The notes beneath the pieces are model-generated. The model was given only the letters and a program-made list of their open reading frames with translations. It did no database searches and had not been told where the DNA came from. Positions 26,963 to 36,368 of a DNA stretch of 64,000 nt are shown piece after piece. Both the position numbers and the translations under genes were made by a program. The stretch's first letter is position 1. Each line of letters starts with the position of its first letter. Origin of the DNA: an uncultured Solirubrobacterales bacterium (GTDB lineage: Bacteria > Actinomycetota > Thermoleophilia > Solirubrobacterales > 70-9); NCBI GenBank assembly GCA_963707965.1, contig CAVPRR010000005.1, positions 28,255 to 92,254 on the forward strand, given 5' to 3'.

Positions 26963-28327
26963 TCACGCGAACAGGTCGACGATCAGGAAGGCGTTGAGGG
27001 CGATGATCAGCGCGGCAAAGGTCGCCGCCAGGGCGGTCAACCAGCCGGGGTTTGCCAGCGAACCCATGATGTCGCGACGGCGGGCGATGATCAGCAGCGG
27101 CACGAGTGCGAACGGGATGCCGAAGGAGAGGACGACCTGGCTGAGGACGAGGGCATCGGTCGGGTTGAAGCCGATGCCGAGCACCAGCAGCGCCGGAGCA
27201 AGCGTGATGGCGCGGCGCAGGAAGATCGGGATGCTGCGGCGGATGAAGCCCTGCATCACCACCTGTCCCGCCATCGTCCCCACGGATGACGACGCGAAGC
27301 CGGAGGCCAGCAGAGCGACACCGAAGATGGTCGCGGCGTTACCGGAGACCAGTGTCTTCAGCCCATCGAAGGCGCCTTCGATGCTGTCGACGCCGGTCAT
27401 GCCGCTGGTGTTGAAGAGCGCCGCGGCGACGATCATCATCGAGAGGTTGACCAGGCCGGCCAGAGAGAGGGCGATCACCACGTCGACCCGCTCGAAGCCG
27501 AGGATTCGCTTCTTCTCGGCCTCGTCGCGCCCGACGATCCGCTTCTGCGTCAGTGCCGAGTGCAGGTAGACGACATGGGGCATCACCGTCGCACCGATGA
27601 TCCCGGTGGCGAGGAGGATGCTCTCGGTGCCGGCGAACCCCGGCACGAACAGGTGCTTGGCCACGTCCCCCGCCACCGGCTTCGCGTGGAACAACTCGAC
27701 CACAAAGGAGGCGACCACCACGCCAACCAGCGCGGTGATCCCCGCCTCCAGCCGCCGGAAGCCCATCTGCTGCAGGCCGAGGATCGCGAAGGCGCCGGCG
27801 CCGGCGATCAGGCCGGCCGGGAAGAGGGGAATGCCGAAGAGCAGGTTGAGCCCGAGCGCGGCACCGACCACCTCGGCGACGTCGGTCGCCATCGCGACGA
27901 GCTCGGCCTGAAGCCAGAGGCCGATCGAGGTTCGCCGCGAGAAGGTCTCCCGGCACAGTTCGGCGAGGTTGCGGCCGGTCGCTATCCCCAGCTTCGCCGA
28001 CTGGGTCTGGATGAGCATCGCGATCAGGTTGGCGGACAGCACCACCCAGAGCAGCAGGTAGCCGAACTTTGCGCCGCCGGCGATGTTGGTGGCGAAGTTG
28101 CCCGGGTCGATGTAGGCGACAGCGGCGATGAACGCCGGGCCGAGAAACGGCCAGATGCGCCCAATGCCCCGGCTGTGGCCCTCGAGCGAGCGGCGCGCCG
28201 CTGCGGCGACCGCCGCCTCACCCGGGAGGACGTCCTCGACCCTCGCCTCTCCGGAAACTCCGTCCTCCGCCTCCGACTGGCCCCCGATGACCTCCTCGAG
28301 CTCCGCCTCGGCGACCTTCGGCTTCAC
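26963..28327 (-). CDS. mntH: Nramp family divalent metal (Mn2+/Fe2+) transporter
   Basis: AYIDPGNFATN motif and 11-12 TM helices over 454 aa. The start overlaps the mntR stop by 4 nt. Confidence 0.9.
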   Translation of the reverse strand: MKPKVAEAELEEVIGGQSEAEDGVSGEARVEDVLPGEAAVAAAARRSLEGHSRGIGRIWPFLGPAFIAAVAYIDPGNFATNIAGGAKFGYLLLWVVLSANLIAMLIQTQSAKLGIATGRNLAELCRETFSRRTSIGLWLQAELVAMATDVAEVVGAALGLNLLFGIPLFPAGLIAGAGAFAILGLQQMGFRRLEAGITALVGVVVASFVVELFHAKPVAGDVAKHLFVPGFAGTESILLATGIIGATVMPHVVYLHSALTQKRIVGRDEAEKKRILGFERVDVVIALSLAGLVNLSMMIVAAALFNTSGMTGVDSIEGAFDGLKTLVSGNAATIFGVALLASGFASSSVGTMAGQVVMQGFIRRSIPIFLRRAITLAPALLVLGIGFNPTDALVLSQVVLSFGIPFALVPLLIIARRRDIMGSLANPGWLTALAATFAALIIALNAFLIVDLFA

Positions 28328-28770
28328 CGCCCATGCCCCTCGTCGACCGGCGGCCGGAGATCGGGGCCGGGGATCGGAGTGCCATGCGGATCGTGGCTCG
28401 GCTCGCCCAGCTTGGCGGCGATCAGCAGCTCGAGCTCCTCGGAGATGTGGTGCTCGAGCACCTCGGCCTCCGCGTGCACCTGGTCCTCGGACATTCCCAG
28501 AGCCTCCGCCAGGTAGGTCTCGATCAGCCGGTGGTGGCGGATCACCTCCAGCGCGACCTTCTCGCCGGCCGGTGTCAGGACGACCCCCCTGTAGGGCGTG
28601 TGGTGGACGAGCCCCATCTCATCGAGCCGTTTGAGCATCGACGTCGCTGTGGCGGGCGTCACGCCGATCCGCTCGGCGACCTCACCGTTGAGGACCGGGC
28701 CGGCCCGGTCCCCGGAGAGTGCGTAGATCGCCTTCGCGTAGTCCTCGATCGCCTCGGAGGATTTAGACAT
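28324..28770 (-). CDS. mntR: DtxR/MntR family metal-dependent transcriptional regulator
   Basis: IEDYAKAIYAL...VAERIGVTPATATSMLKRL winged HTH, plus the HHRLIETYL...EHHIS metal-binding/dimerisation region. Confidence 0.9.
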   Translation of the reverse strand: MSKSSEAIEDYAKAIYALSGDRAGPVLNGEVAERIGVTPATATSMLKRLDEMGLVHHTPYRGVVLTPAGEKVALEVIRHHRLIETYLAEALGMSEDQVHAEAEVLEHHISEELELLIAAKLGEPSHDPHGTPIPGPDLRPPVDEGHGR

Positions 28771-28797
28771 ACCTAAATTATTTTGGCATATCTAAAA
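28762..28797. promoter_or_regulatory. candidate MntR operator: AT-rich imperfect inverted repeat overlapping the mntR start codon
   Basis: On the mntR strand: TTAGATATGCCAAAATAATTTAGGTATGTCTAA. The arm TTAGATATGCCAA matches the reverse complement of the other arm (TTAGACATACCTA) at 10/13 positions. This is the only AT-rich stretch in the 28-bp gap. Confidence 0.3.
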
Positions 28798-28798
28798 A

Positions 28799-29791
28799 AT
28801 GTCCGCCCGCCCAGCCGACCCTCCTAGAATCGCTGTGATGACCGACCGGGTGGCAATCGAGCTGGACGCCCAGTACCGGCAGCTGCGCGAGGAGTGCGGC
28901 CTGCTCGACTGCTCGGCGCGCGGCAAGCTGCTGGTGAGCGGTCCCGACGCGGCCGACTACCTGCAGGGCCAGCTCACCAATGACGTCGAGGCCCTCGACC
29001 CGGGCGGCGGCCACTACGCGGCGCTGCTGGACCGCAAGGGGCACATGCAGGCCGACATGCGGGTGCTGCGCCTGGCACCGGGGCGGTTCTGGATCGACTC
29101 CGAGCCAGAGGCTCTGGAGGCGGCGAGCCGCCATCTGGAGATGTACAAGATCGGCAGGGACGTCCAGGTGGCCGATCTCACCGCGGAGCGCGCCATCCTC
29201 TCGCTGCTCGGCCCGCGCAGCGCCGAGATCGCCGGCACGGCCGCCCTGCCCGAGCACTCCTGCGAGCCGCTGACGGTGCACGGGGTCGAGTGCCTGGCGG
29301 TGGGAACACGGCATGGAGTGGACCTGATCGCCGAGGCAACCGAGGCGAACCGCCTGCGGGGGGCCCTGACAGCCGCCGGCGCCGTGGGGGTCGAGCCCCA
29401 GGCGGCCGACATTCTGCGAATCGAGGCCGGAACGCCGCGCTTCGGCGCCGAGATGAGCAGCGAGACGATGCCGGCGGAGGCGGGCATCGTCGAGAGAGCC
29501 GTCAGCCTCACCAAGGGTTGCTACATAGGCCAGGAGCCGGTCGCCCGCCTCCACTACAGAGGAAAGCCGAACCGCCACCTCCGCGGGCTCGCGCTGAGCG
29601 CCCCGGTCGAGGCGGGGAGCCCCCTTCTGCTCGGCGAGAAGGAGGTTGGACGGGTCGGCAGCGCGTGCATCTCCCCCGCCTATGGCCCGATCGCCCTGGC
29701 AATCGTCCGCCGCGAGGCGGAGTCCGGCGCGGAGCTGGCCGTAGGTGAAGATGACGTTACGGCTCGCGTTGTCGACTTGCCGTTCGGCTAG
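28799..29791 (+). CDS. ygfZ: YgfZ/GcvT-like folate-binding protein
   Basis: KGCYIGQEPVAR signature and a GcvT-like N-terminal pattern. Alternative start at 28838 (MTDRVAIEL). Confidence 0.8.
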   Translation: MSARPADPPRIAVMTDRVAIELDAQYRQLREECGLLDCSARGKLLVSGPDAADYLQGQLTNDVEALDPGGGHYAALLDRKGHMQADMRVLRLAPGRFWIDSEPEALEAASRHLEMYKIGRDVQVADLTAERAILSLLGPRSAEIAGTAALPEHSCEPLTVHGVECLAVGTRHGVDLIAEATEANRLRGALTAAGAVGVEPQAADILRIEAGTPRFGAEMSSETMPAEAGIVERAVSLTKGCYIGQEPVARLHYRGKPNRHLRGLALSAPVEAGSPLLLGEKEVGRVGSACISPAYGPIALAIVRREAESGAELAVGEDDVTARVVDLPFG

Positions 29792-29802
29792 ATTCCGCCG
29801 CG

Positions 29803-30315
29803 ATGGGTCGTTGGAGAGGCAGGCAACCGGCTGCGAGGCCACGCGCGACTGGCTGGGTGCTCGCCTGTGCAGTTGGCGCGCTTGCGGTCGCTGGCTGCGG
29901 GGCCCAGGAACACGTCAACGACCCGCGACCGCAACCGCCCACCCGGGTCAGCGTCTCGGTCAGCGACGACGGGGTGACCGTGCAGCCGCAGCGGATCGCG
30001 ATCGGTCCCGAACCCACGCAGCAGATTCCCCAGAACCAGCACGCGGGCCAGCCGCCGGTCCGCTCCGAGGTGCCCCTCAAGGTCGTTCTCGTCGCGGCCA
30101 ACCTGACCGATGTCGACTCCCGACTCGAGGTGCGCGGCCCAGGCAAGAGCGCGAGCTCGGAACCGCTGGTCGCCAACGGCGCCGTCACCCTCCTGGCCTC
30201 CCTCCCCACCGGCATCTACACGGTCAGCGCCGCCGACGTGCGCGGTGCCACGCCCGGCAGGCTCGTCGTCGGCCCCTACCGCAGCTCTTCGGAGAACGAC
30301 GTCCTCCTGCCGTAG
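29803..30315 (+). CDS. hypothetical lipoprotein
   Basis: Signal peptide with lipobox LAVAGC; beta-rich 170-aa product. No family recognised. Confidence 0.6.
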   Translation: MGRWRGRQPAARPRATGWVLACAVGALAVAGCGAQEHVNDPRPQPPTRVSVSVSDDGVTVQPQRIAIGPEPTQQIPQNQHAGQPPVRSEVPLKVVLVAANLTDVDSRLEVRGPGKSASSEPLVANGAVTLLASLPTGIYTVSAADVRGATPGRLVVGPYRSSSENDVLLP

Positions 30316-30517
30316 CCCGCTCTCTGCGGTGGGTCGGCCTCCGCGAGGGGACGCTCTCTGCGGTGGCGACTACATCCTCCCTCGCGTTCTGTCCGGAGCG
30401 AATCTCATCCTGGTACGGCCTTCGATCGAGGGCACGTAACCCAGAAGGCGCGCCGCGTCCTCGCCGGTCCTGAGGGATTCGGCGTACGGCGGGGAGAGTG
30501 CCGGAGAGGAACTGAAC

Positions 30518-31651
30518 ATGTCCGGAGTAGCACTGGCGATCCTCGTGATCGCACTCATCGCCGTCGGTTGGCTTCTACTGCGAACGCGCGAGTCGAATGC
30601 GCGCCTCGCTGAGGCGAGTCGTAGGTCGGAAGAAGAGGCCGCAGAGGCAAAGCAGGAACGAGATGGCCTGCGGGAGTTCGGTGAATCGCTGAAGCAGGTC
30701 GAACAGGCAGTCACGCAATACAAGGCGCGTGAGGACGCGCGCGACACCAAGGTGAGCGAGGTGCTCGCCGGCGTGGTGCTGAAGAGCGACCGCGTGGTCG
30801 AGCGGGTCGACGGACTTGTGGGTCGCTGGGCGAACCCCAAACAGCGCGGCCAGCTGAGCGAGGAGTGGCTGATCGCGGCCCTGCGGCAGATGGGGCTGCG
30901 CGACAGCGTCCACTTCGAGACGCAGAAGCGGGTCGAAATCGACGCCGCCCGCGGCCAGAAGGACGGCGTCATCGACGTCTATCTCCTGCTCCCGAATTCA
31001 CAGGGGGTCGCGCTCGACGCGAAGTTCCCCTGGGTTCGCCTGTTGGGCGAGGTCCTGGACGAGGGAGGCGAGGAGGCTCGCGAGTTCGCCATTCGCAAAC
31101 TGCGGGACTCGCTGCGATCGCATATCAAGGACGTAGGGGGCCGCGAATACCGCGGCAGCCGCGATGTCTCGGTGCGGCACGTGCTCGTCGTCGTCCCCGA
31201 CTGGCAGACGCTGGAGCTGGTCAGGGGAGCGGATCCGAAGATCGTCGAATACGCCGCCGAACATGGCGTCGGCCTCCTGCCCGCCGACGGGCTCTACGAG
31301 ATGGCGAATGCGCTCGCCGAGGTCCATCGCGAGGAGGGATGGGGCGAGAGGATCGGTGAGCTGTTCACCCCCCAGCATGCGGACCGCATGTTCGCTGCCT
31401 GCATCGATCTGCTGGAGCGCATGGGAACCGTCGCAAAGCGCTACAACAGCCTCGGCGAGTCGCTGTCCAGCGTCGTCGCCGCGTTCGGGCCCAACGGCCT
31501 GATCGGGCGCGACGTGCTCGACCCAGCCGCGAAAGCGGCGGAGAAGGTGCCGCAGGAGCTCGAAGCCGAGGTTCGCGAGCTCGATGCCGCGAAGGCGGCG
31601 AAACACGCGGCGCGGCTCGAGGAGAAGCGGGGCGAAGCCGAGGCCGCATAG
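30518..31651 (+). CDS. rmuC: RmuC-like DNA recombination protein
   Basis: N-terminal TM helix, long coiled-coil, then an RmuC-type nuclease-like core (IDVYLLLPNSQGVALDAKFP...VLVVVPD). Confidence 0.65.
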   Translation: MSGVALAILVIALIAVGWLLLRTRESNARLAEASRRSEEEAAEAKQERDGLREFGESLKQVEQAVTQYKAREDARDTKVSEVLAGVVLKSDRVVERVDGLVGRWANPKQRGQLSEEWLIAALRQMGLRDSVHFETQKRVEIDAARGQKDGVIDVYLLLPNSQGVALDAKFPWVRLLGEVLDEGGEEAREFAIRKLRDSLRSHIKDVGGREYRGSRDVSVRHVLVVVPDWQTLELVRGADPKIVEYAAEHGVGLLPADGLYEMANALAEVHREEGWGERIGELFTPQHADRMFAACIDLLERMGTVAKRYNSLGESLSSVVAAFGPNGLIGRDVLDPAAKAAEKVPQELEAEVRELDAAKAAKHAARLEEKRGEAEAA

Positions 31652-31704
31652 GCCGGGCACCGCCACCCGGCCGAGGTCATTGGCCGGGTGGCGGTCTTCA
31701 CCCC

Positions 31705-33054
31705 GTGGAAAGGGCGACCCGAACGAGAGGTCGATCCAGACGGTTAGGATTGCCGCCCGCCCTGAAACGACCGTTCACGGAGGAGTCGGATTTGTCCGTC
31801 GACACCAGCGAAGTCACGAAATTAGACGTGGAGCCCGGCACGCTGCCGGAGACGATGGCGGCGTGGGTGATCCGCCAGGAGCGCGAGGGCGAGCCCACCG
31901 ACGCCTTCCAGCTCGAGCAGATCGAGGTCCCCAAGCCCGGCCCCTTCGAGGTGGTCGTCCGCGTAATGGCCGCCGGGGTCAACTTCAACAACGTCTGGGC
32001 GGCCCTCGGCAAACCGGTATCGGTCTTCGACTACGGCGACCACCCCGAGTTCGGCCACCACATCGGCGGTTCCGACGGCTCCGGGATCGTCTGGAAGGTC
32101 GGCGAGGGAGTCACCCACTGGAAGCCCGGCGACGAGGTCGTGATCCACTGCAACCAGGCCTCCTATGAGGACGTCGAGGTGCACGGCCTTGACCCGCTCG
32201 CCGCCCCCAGCCAGAAGATCTGGGGATACGAGACGACCTGGGGCTCCTTCGCCCAGTTCACCAAGGTGCAGGCGCAGCAACTCCTCCCCCGCCCCCAGAA
32301 CCTCTCCTGGGCCGAGTCCTCCGCCTACGGGCTCACCTTCTTCACCGCCTACCGGATGCTGATCGACCAGTGCAAGCTGCAGGCCGGCCACAACGTGCTG
32401 ATCTGGGGCGCCGCGGGCGGCCTCGGCGTCTTCGCCACGCAGCTCTGCAAGGCAGCGGGCGCCAACGCGGTCGGCGTCGTCTCCTCCGAGGAGAAGGGCG
32501 AGCTGGTCAAGCAGCTCGGCGCCGTCGACTACATCAACCGCCGCGAGTTCGGCGAGATGATGCGCACGCCCGAGAACCTCGCCGACCGCGCGGCCGACAA
32601 GGAGCGCTTCAAGGCCTCGCGCGGTTTCGCCAAGCGGGTCAAGGAGATCCTCGGCGACGCGCCCGACATCGTCTTCGAGCACGTCGGCCAGGCGACCTTC
32701 CCGACCTCGGTCTTCGTCGTCAAGCCGTTCGGCAAGGTCGTCATCTGCGGCGCCACCTCGGGCTTCCAGCTCGACTTCGACGTCCGCTACCTGTGGATGC
32801 GCCAGAAGCAGATCGTCGGCTCGCACTTCGCCAACGCCTATGAGTGCATGCGGGCCAACCAGCTGATGTCGGAGGGCAAGGTGCAGCCGGTGCTCTGGAG
32901 GACGATGGGCTTCGAGGGCGTGCCCGTGGCGCACCAGCTGCTGCACGAAAACAAGCACCTCGGCAAGATCTCCATCCTGGTCGGGGCCGAGTCTGAGGAC
33001 GAGGGCAAGAACGAGGACGGCCCGGGCGCGATCCGGGCGGAGGTCGGAGCGTGA
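31705..33054 (+). CDS. ccr: crotonyl-CoA carboxylase/reductase
   Basis: MDR-fold with Ccr-specific stretches (GVNFNNVWAALGKPVSVF, GSDGSGIVWKVG, IWGYETTWGSFAQF, GLTFFTAYRML). GTG start is uncertain. Confidence 0.85.
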   Translation: MERATRTRGRSRRLGLPPALKRPFTEESDLSVDTSEVTKLDVEPGTLPETMAAWVIRQEREGEPTDAFQLEQIEVPKPGPFEVVVRVMAAGVNFNNVWAALGKPVSVFDYGDHPEFGHHIGGSDGSGIVWKVGEGVTHWKPGDEVVIHCNQASYEDVEVHGLDPLAAPSQKIWGYETTWGSFAQFTKVQAQQLLPRPQNLSWAESSAYGLTFFTAYRMLIDQCKLQAGHNVLIWGAAGGLGVFATQLCKAAGANAVGVVSSEEKGELVKQLGAVDYINRREFGEMMRTPENLADRAADKERFKASRGFAKRVKEILGDAPDIVFEHVGQATFPTSVFVVKPFGKVVICGATSGFQLDFDVRYLWMRQKQIVGSHFANAYECMRANQLMSEGKVQPVLWRTMGFEGVPVAHQLLHENKHLGKISILVGAESEDEGKNEDGPGAIRAEVGA

Positions 33055-33079
33055 CTAACGACGCAAGCAGGGGGTCCTG

Positions 33080-33373
33080 ATGGCTGAGGTCTGCACACTC
33101 GACTGGCACATCGCCCCCTTCCGGGCGGACCGCTGGCTGGAGCTCTGGAAGCCCGCCGCGGCCCGAATGCCGTCCTTTGGCGCCAGGAGCTGGTCGCTGA
33201 CCCGCTCGATCGACGACCCGCTGGCCTTCCGCCAGTACTCGGTCTGGGAGAGCCGCGCGGACTTCGAGCGCTACTGGTACTCGGAGGAGACCGAGGCGGC
33301 TCGTGCCAGCGTCATCGACCTCTTCGACCTTCCGCTCCTCCCCGCCTGGCACACCCTGCTCGCCGCCGAGTAG
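33080..33373 (+). CDS. hypothetical small protein (possibly dimeric alpha-beta barrel/ABM-like)
   Basis: 97-aa ORF 26 nt after ccr; Trp-rich. The family assignment is tentative. Confidence 0.5.
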   Translation: MAEVCTLDWHIAPFRADRWLELWKPAAARMPSFGARSWSLTRSIDDPLAFRQYSVWESRADFERYWYSEETEAARASVIDLFDLPLLPAWHTLLAAE

Positions 33374-33407
33374 GCGCGCTCGCGCCAACGGGCGTACGCC
33401 TGACCGC

Positions 33408-35999
33408 CTATCGGCGCGGAAGGATCGCCCAGCGGAAGATGGTCGGAGCTGACCTGTGGTTGTCGTCGACCGTGACCGCCAGCACTCGGAAGACATGTCG
33501 GCCGGGCTGCAGCTTTGTGTAAGTCCGCGGCGAGCGGCAACGCCGGTACGGCCGCCGGTCGAGCTTGCACCGGAAGCCGACGCGCCTGGCCGGGGTGGCG
33601 AAGCTGAACCTCGCCCGGGAGCTGCGCGTTCGTTTCGCCGGATGCTCCCGCAGCCGGGGTCTGGGTATCTTGCGTTTCAGAGGGTTGTTCGGGCGGTCCG
33701 GTTTCGGTTCTTCGGGCGACCGGTAATTGGCCACGTACGTCTTCGAGCTGTCGGCAATCACGGTGTGGACCCGCTCGCCACCATCCGACCAGCTTCGCCA
33801 GTTGTAGTCGACACCTCCCAGCTGCGCGCTGGTTGGCGCCGAGAGCACGACGTGCGACCCGACGATCGCGAGCAGGTCGAACGGCGCCGGCTGCGAGAGC
33901 AGCCCGGCCGTGAGGGCCAGGCCGGGTGGGTTGGAGACGATTTCGAGGTCAGCTGTTCGCGGGTGGATTTCGACGCTCCGCTTTGCGGCCTGGCCGCGCG
34001 AATCGACCGCGGTCAGGGTCAGTTCGATATGAGAGGGGTAGTCGTGGTCGGGCGCGAGGAAGGCGCCGGAGGCGACCGTTGGGAACGCCTGAAGGGGATG
34101 GGCGTGGCAGGCCTGCGGGCAGTGGTAGAGGCGCGTGACCCAGTCGAGGCTTGTCGGGGGCAGGTCTCCGTCCTCGGCGTCGTGGGCCGAGCCTTCGAAA
34201 TCGACCGGCTCGCCAACGCTCCATTCGAAGGCGGGTGCGGGGCTGGAGATCGTCGGTTCCGGAGGCGTGTCGCCGGGGTAGACCGTCACCCGAGCGACGC
34301 TGAACGCTTCGTCCGGATCGACAACGCGAACGGCAATGGTGTGGTTTTCGCTGTCTTCGAATGTTTCGCTTGCCAGGCTTTCGGAGGCGGGGGCGTCTTC
34401 GTAGATGCCATCCCCGTTCAGGTCCCATTCGTATTCCAGCAAGTCTCCGTCGGCGTCAGTCGAGCCGCTCGCGTCGAAGTGGGCTTCGAGCGGTTGCCCT
34501 GCTTCGCTATATCGCTTGTCGACTGTCAGGCGGGCCGTCGGCGGCTGGTTGCCGGGGAAGTAGCGGATCCGATGAATCGCCCCCGGTTCGTATTCGTTGC
34601 CTTCGAATTCGGTGAAGAGGCTCGCGTAGTAGAGGCTGCCGTCTGGGCCAACCTCGAGGTCGACCCCGGAGTAGGGATCCGAATGGGTCATGAAGGTGGT
34701 CACGGTCGAGGGGTCGGGACGCCCGTCGATGCCGGGGAACATCGAGAAGATGCAGCCCCGCACTGAGTCGGCGAAAAACATCGCGCCCCGATATGAGGGC
34801 GGGAAGGGACCTTCCCCGTAGAAGGCGAAGCCGGAGATCGCCGAGCCTTTGAAGTCGAGACAGGGGTCCCCCGGCGCCAGACCCTGGTGGTGGGCGTAGG
34901 AAAAGAAAGGCAGTGAGGCGGCGCTGGGGTCTGCATAGAGGCCTTCGCAGATCGCCGGTTCAGCGCTCTCGTAGTTGGGCTGGCGTTCTGGACCCTCGTA
35001 GCAGGGCCAGCCAGAGTTGTAGGCCTCGCCCGAGTCCGGGTTGAGGCGGTCGATTTCCTCAAAGGCATTCCAGCCCACGTTGCCGACATATAGCTCGTGG
35101 GTAACGAAATCGATCGCGATGCGGAACGGATTTCGAAAGCCGTAGGCGACGATCCGCCGCGCGTTTTCGTCCGGGCCGGCCAGCGGGTTGCCCGGCCACG
35201 CATCCCCTGTGTTGGGATCGACCCGGATGATCGTCCCGTCCAATCCGGTCGGGTCGCCGCCACCGCCGGTGCGGAGGTCCTGAGAGCGCAGGGCGCCCCC
35301 CTCTTCGAGCGGATCTCCGCAGGGGTTTTCGGGTTCGCCGAGCTGGCCAACGTCGGTGGCGCTGAAGCTGGCGCCGTCCCCGCCGCTGGCGTAGAGGGCC
35401 CCCTCGGGGCCAAACTGGAGGTCACCGATGGAGTGCGAGGAGAACTGCTGACACCAGTCTTCGACCAGCACCTTCTGCAGCGGTTCTTCGTCTTTCTCAA
35501 CCGCCTTATCTCCTTCGGCGGTCAACCGCACCAGGCGACCGCTGACCAGGCATGCGTCGGCGCCTTTGGGTTCGGGGCAGGGGTCGCCGCTCGTTTGCGG
35601 CGTGCCCCACCTGGGTGGGAGAGCGGGTTCGCCGAGGATGTGGTCGTAGGTGTAGAGGACGTAGACATAGGGGTTGGCAGGGAACTGGGGGTCGAGCGCA
35701 AGGCCGAGGATCCCCCGGTCCCCAGTGTCGTACACGTCGGTGCGCAGGTCCGCGAAGACTTCGCCGCTTGTGTCTTCCAGGTTGGCGTAGACCTTGATGA
35801 TTCCCGACTTCTCGGCGACGAAGATGCGGCCGTCGGGCGAAAAGCGGAAGTTCGTCGGTTCTTTCAGGCCGCTCAACACCGGTTCATCCTGGAAGCCGCT
35901 TGGGAGGCTTGCGCCGTACGCCGGAGACACGATCGCCGCGCAGGACAAGAGAAGGCCGAGCAGGCCGACAGCAACGAACGTTGAGCAGACCTGCCTCAA
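33408..35999 (-). CDS. secreted PQQ-dependent sugar dehydrogenase-like beta-propeller protein with PKD domain and basic C-terminal tail
   Basis: Signal peptide. Soluble aldose sugar dehydrogenase pattern (FSPDGRIFVAEKSGIIKVY, DRGILGLALDPQF, YGFRNPFRIA). PKD-like FDASGSTDADGDLLEYEWDLNGDG. Confidence 0.8.
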   Translation of the reverse strand: MRQVCSTFVAVGLLGLLLSCAAIVSPAYGASLPSGFQDEPVLSGLKEPTNFRFSPDGRIFVAEKSGIIKVYANLEDTSGEVFADLRTDVYDTGDRGILGLALDPQFPANPYVYVLYTYDHILGEPALPPRWGTPQTSGDPCPEPKGADACLVSGRLVRLTAEGDKAVEKDEEPLQKVLVEDWCQQFSSHSIGDLQFGPEGALYASGGDGASFSATDVGQLGEPENPCGDPLEEGGALRSQDLRTGGGGDPTGLDGTIIRVDPNTGDAWPGNPLAGPDENARRIVAYGFRNPFRIAIDFVTHELYVGNVGWNAFEEIDRLNPDSGEAYNSGWPCYEGPERQPNYESAEPAICEGLYADPSAASLPFFSYAHHQGLAPGDPCLDFKGSAISGFAFYGEGPFPPSYRGAMFFADSVRGCIFSMFPGIDGRPDPSTVTTFMTHSDPYSGVDLEVGPDGSLYYASLFTEFEGNEYEPGAIHRIRYFPGNQPPTARLTVDKRYSEAGQPLEAHFDASGSTDADGDLLEYEWDLNGDGIYEDAPASESLASETFEDSENHTIAVRVVDPDEAFSVARVTVYPGDTPPEPTISSPAPAFEWSVGEPVDFEGSAHDAEDGDLPPTSLDWVTRLYHCPQACHAHPLQAFPTVASGAFLAPDHDYPSHIELTLTAVDSRGQAAKRSVEIHPRTADLEIVSNPPGLALTAGLLSQPAPFDLLAIVGSHVVLSAPTSAQLGGVDYNWRSWSDGGERVHTVIADSSKTYVANYRSPEEPKPDRPNNPLKRKIPRPRLREHPAKRTRSSRARFSFATPARRVGFRCKLDRRPYRRCRSPRTYTKLQPGRHVFRVLAVTVDDNHRSAPTIFRWAILPRR

Positions 36000-36286
36000 G
36001 CGCGCTCCAGCGGGGCCATCGTGAGGCCCGCCGAGTTGAGCTGTTCCCAGTAGTGCTCTGCGGGCTCGCGGGGACCGGACCAGACAATTGCCTGGCCCGT
36101 GCTGTGGATGCGCTCGGCGATCTGGTGCCCCTGGCTGACGCTGACCCCCGGTAGAACGCTGGCCAGCGTCTCGGCCACATGGTCGAACGTGTTGTGGTTG
36201 TCGTTGCAGACGATCACCCGCCAGTCGCCACCGAAACCCGAGTCGGGCCCGGCCTGACGGGGCTTCTCAATCGTCGTCGTCGACAT
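35996..36286 (-). CDS. clpS: ATP-dependent Clp protease adaptor ClpS
   Basis: WRVIVCNDNHNTFDHVAETLASVLPGVS... core. Start at MSTTTIEK; the ORF is open to 36400. Confidence 0.85.
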   Translation of the reverse strand: MSTTTIEKPRQAGPDSGFGGDWRVIVCNDNHNTFDHVAETLASVLPGVSVSQGHQIAERIHSTGQAIVWSGPREPAEHYWEQLNSAGLTMAPLERA

Positions 36287-36368
36287 CGCGCGCATTATGC
36301 GAAACGGTGCAGCCGGCAACAGGCGCGGCGGAGTCGACGGGGCACGCACGAGGCGTTCAGAACCGCGC

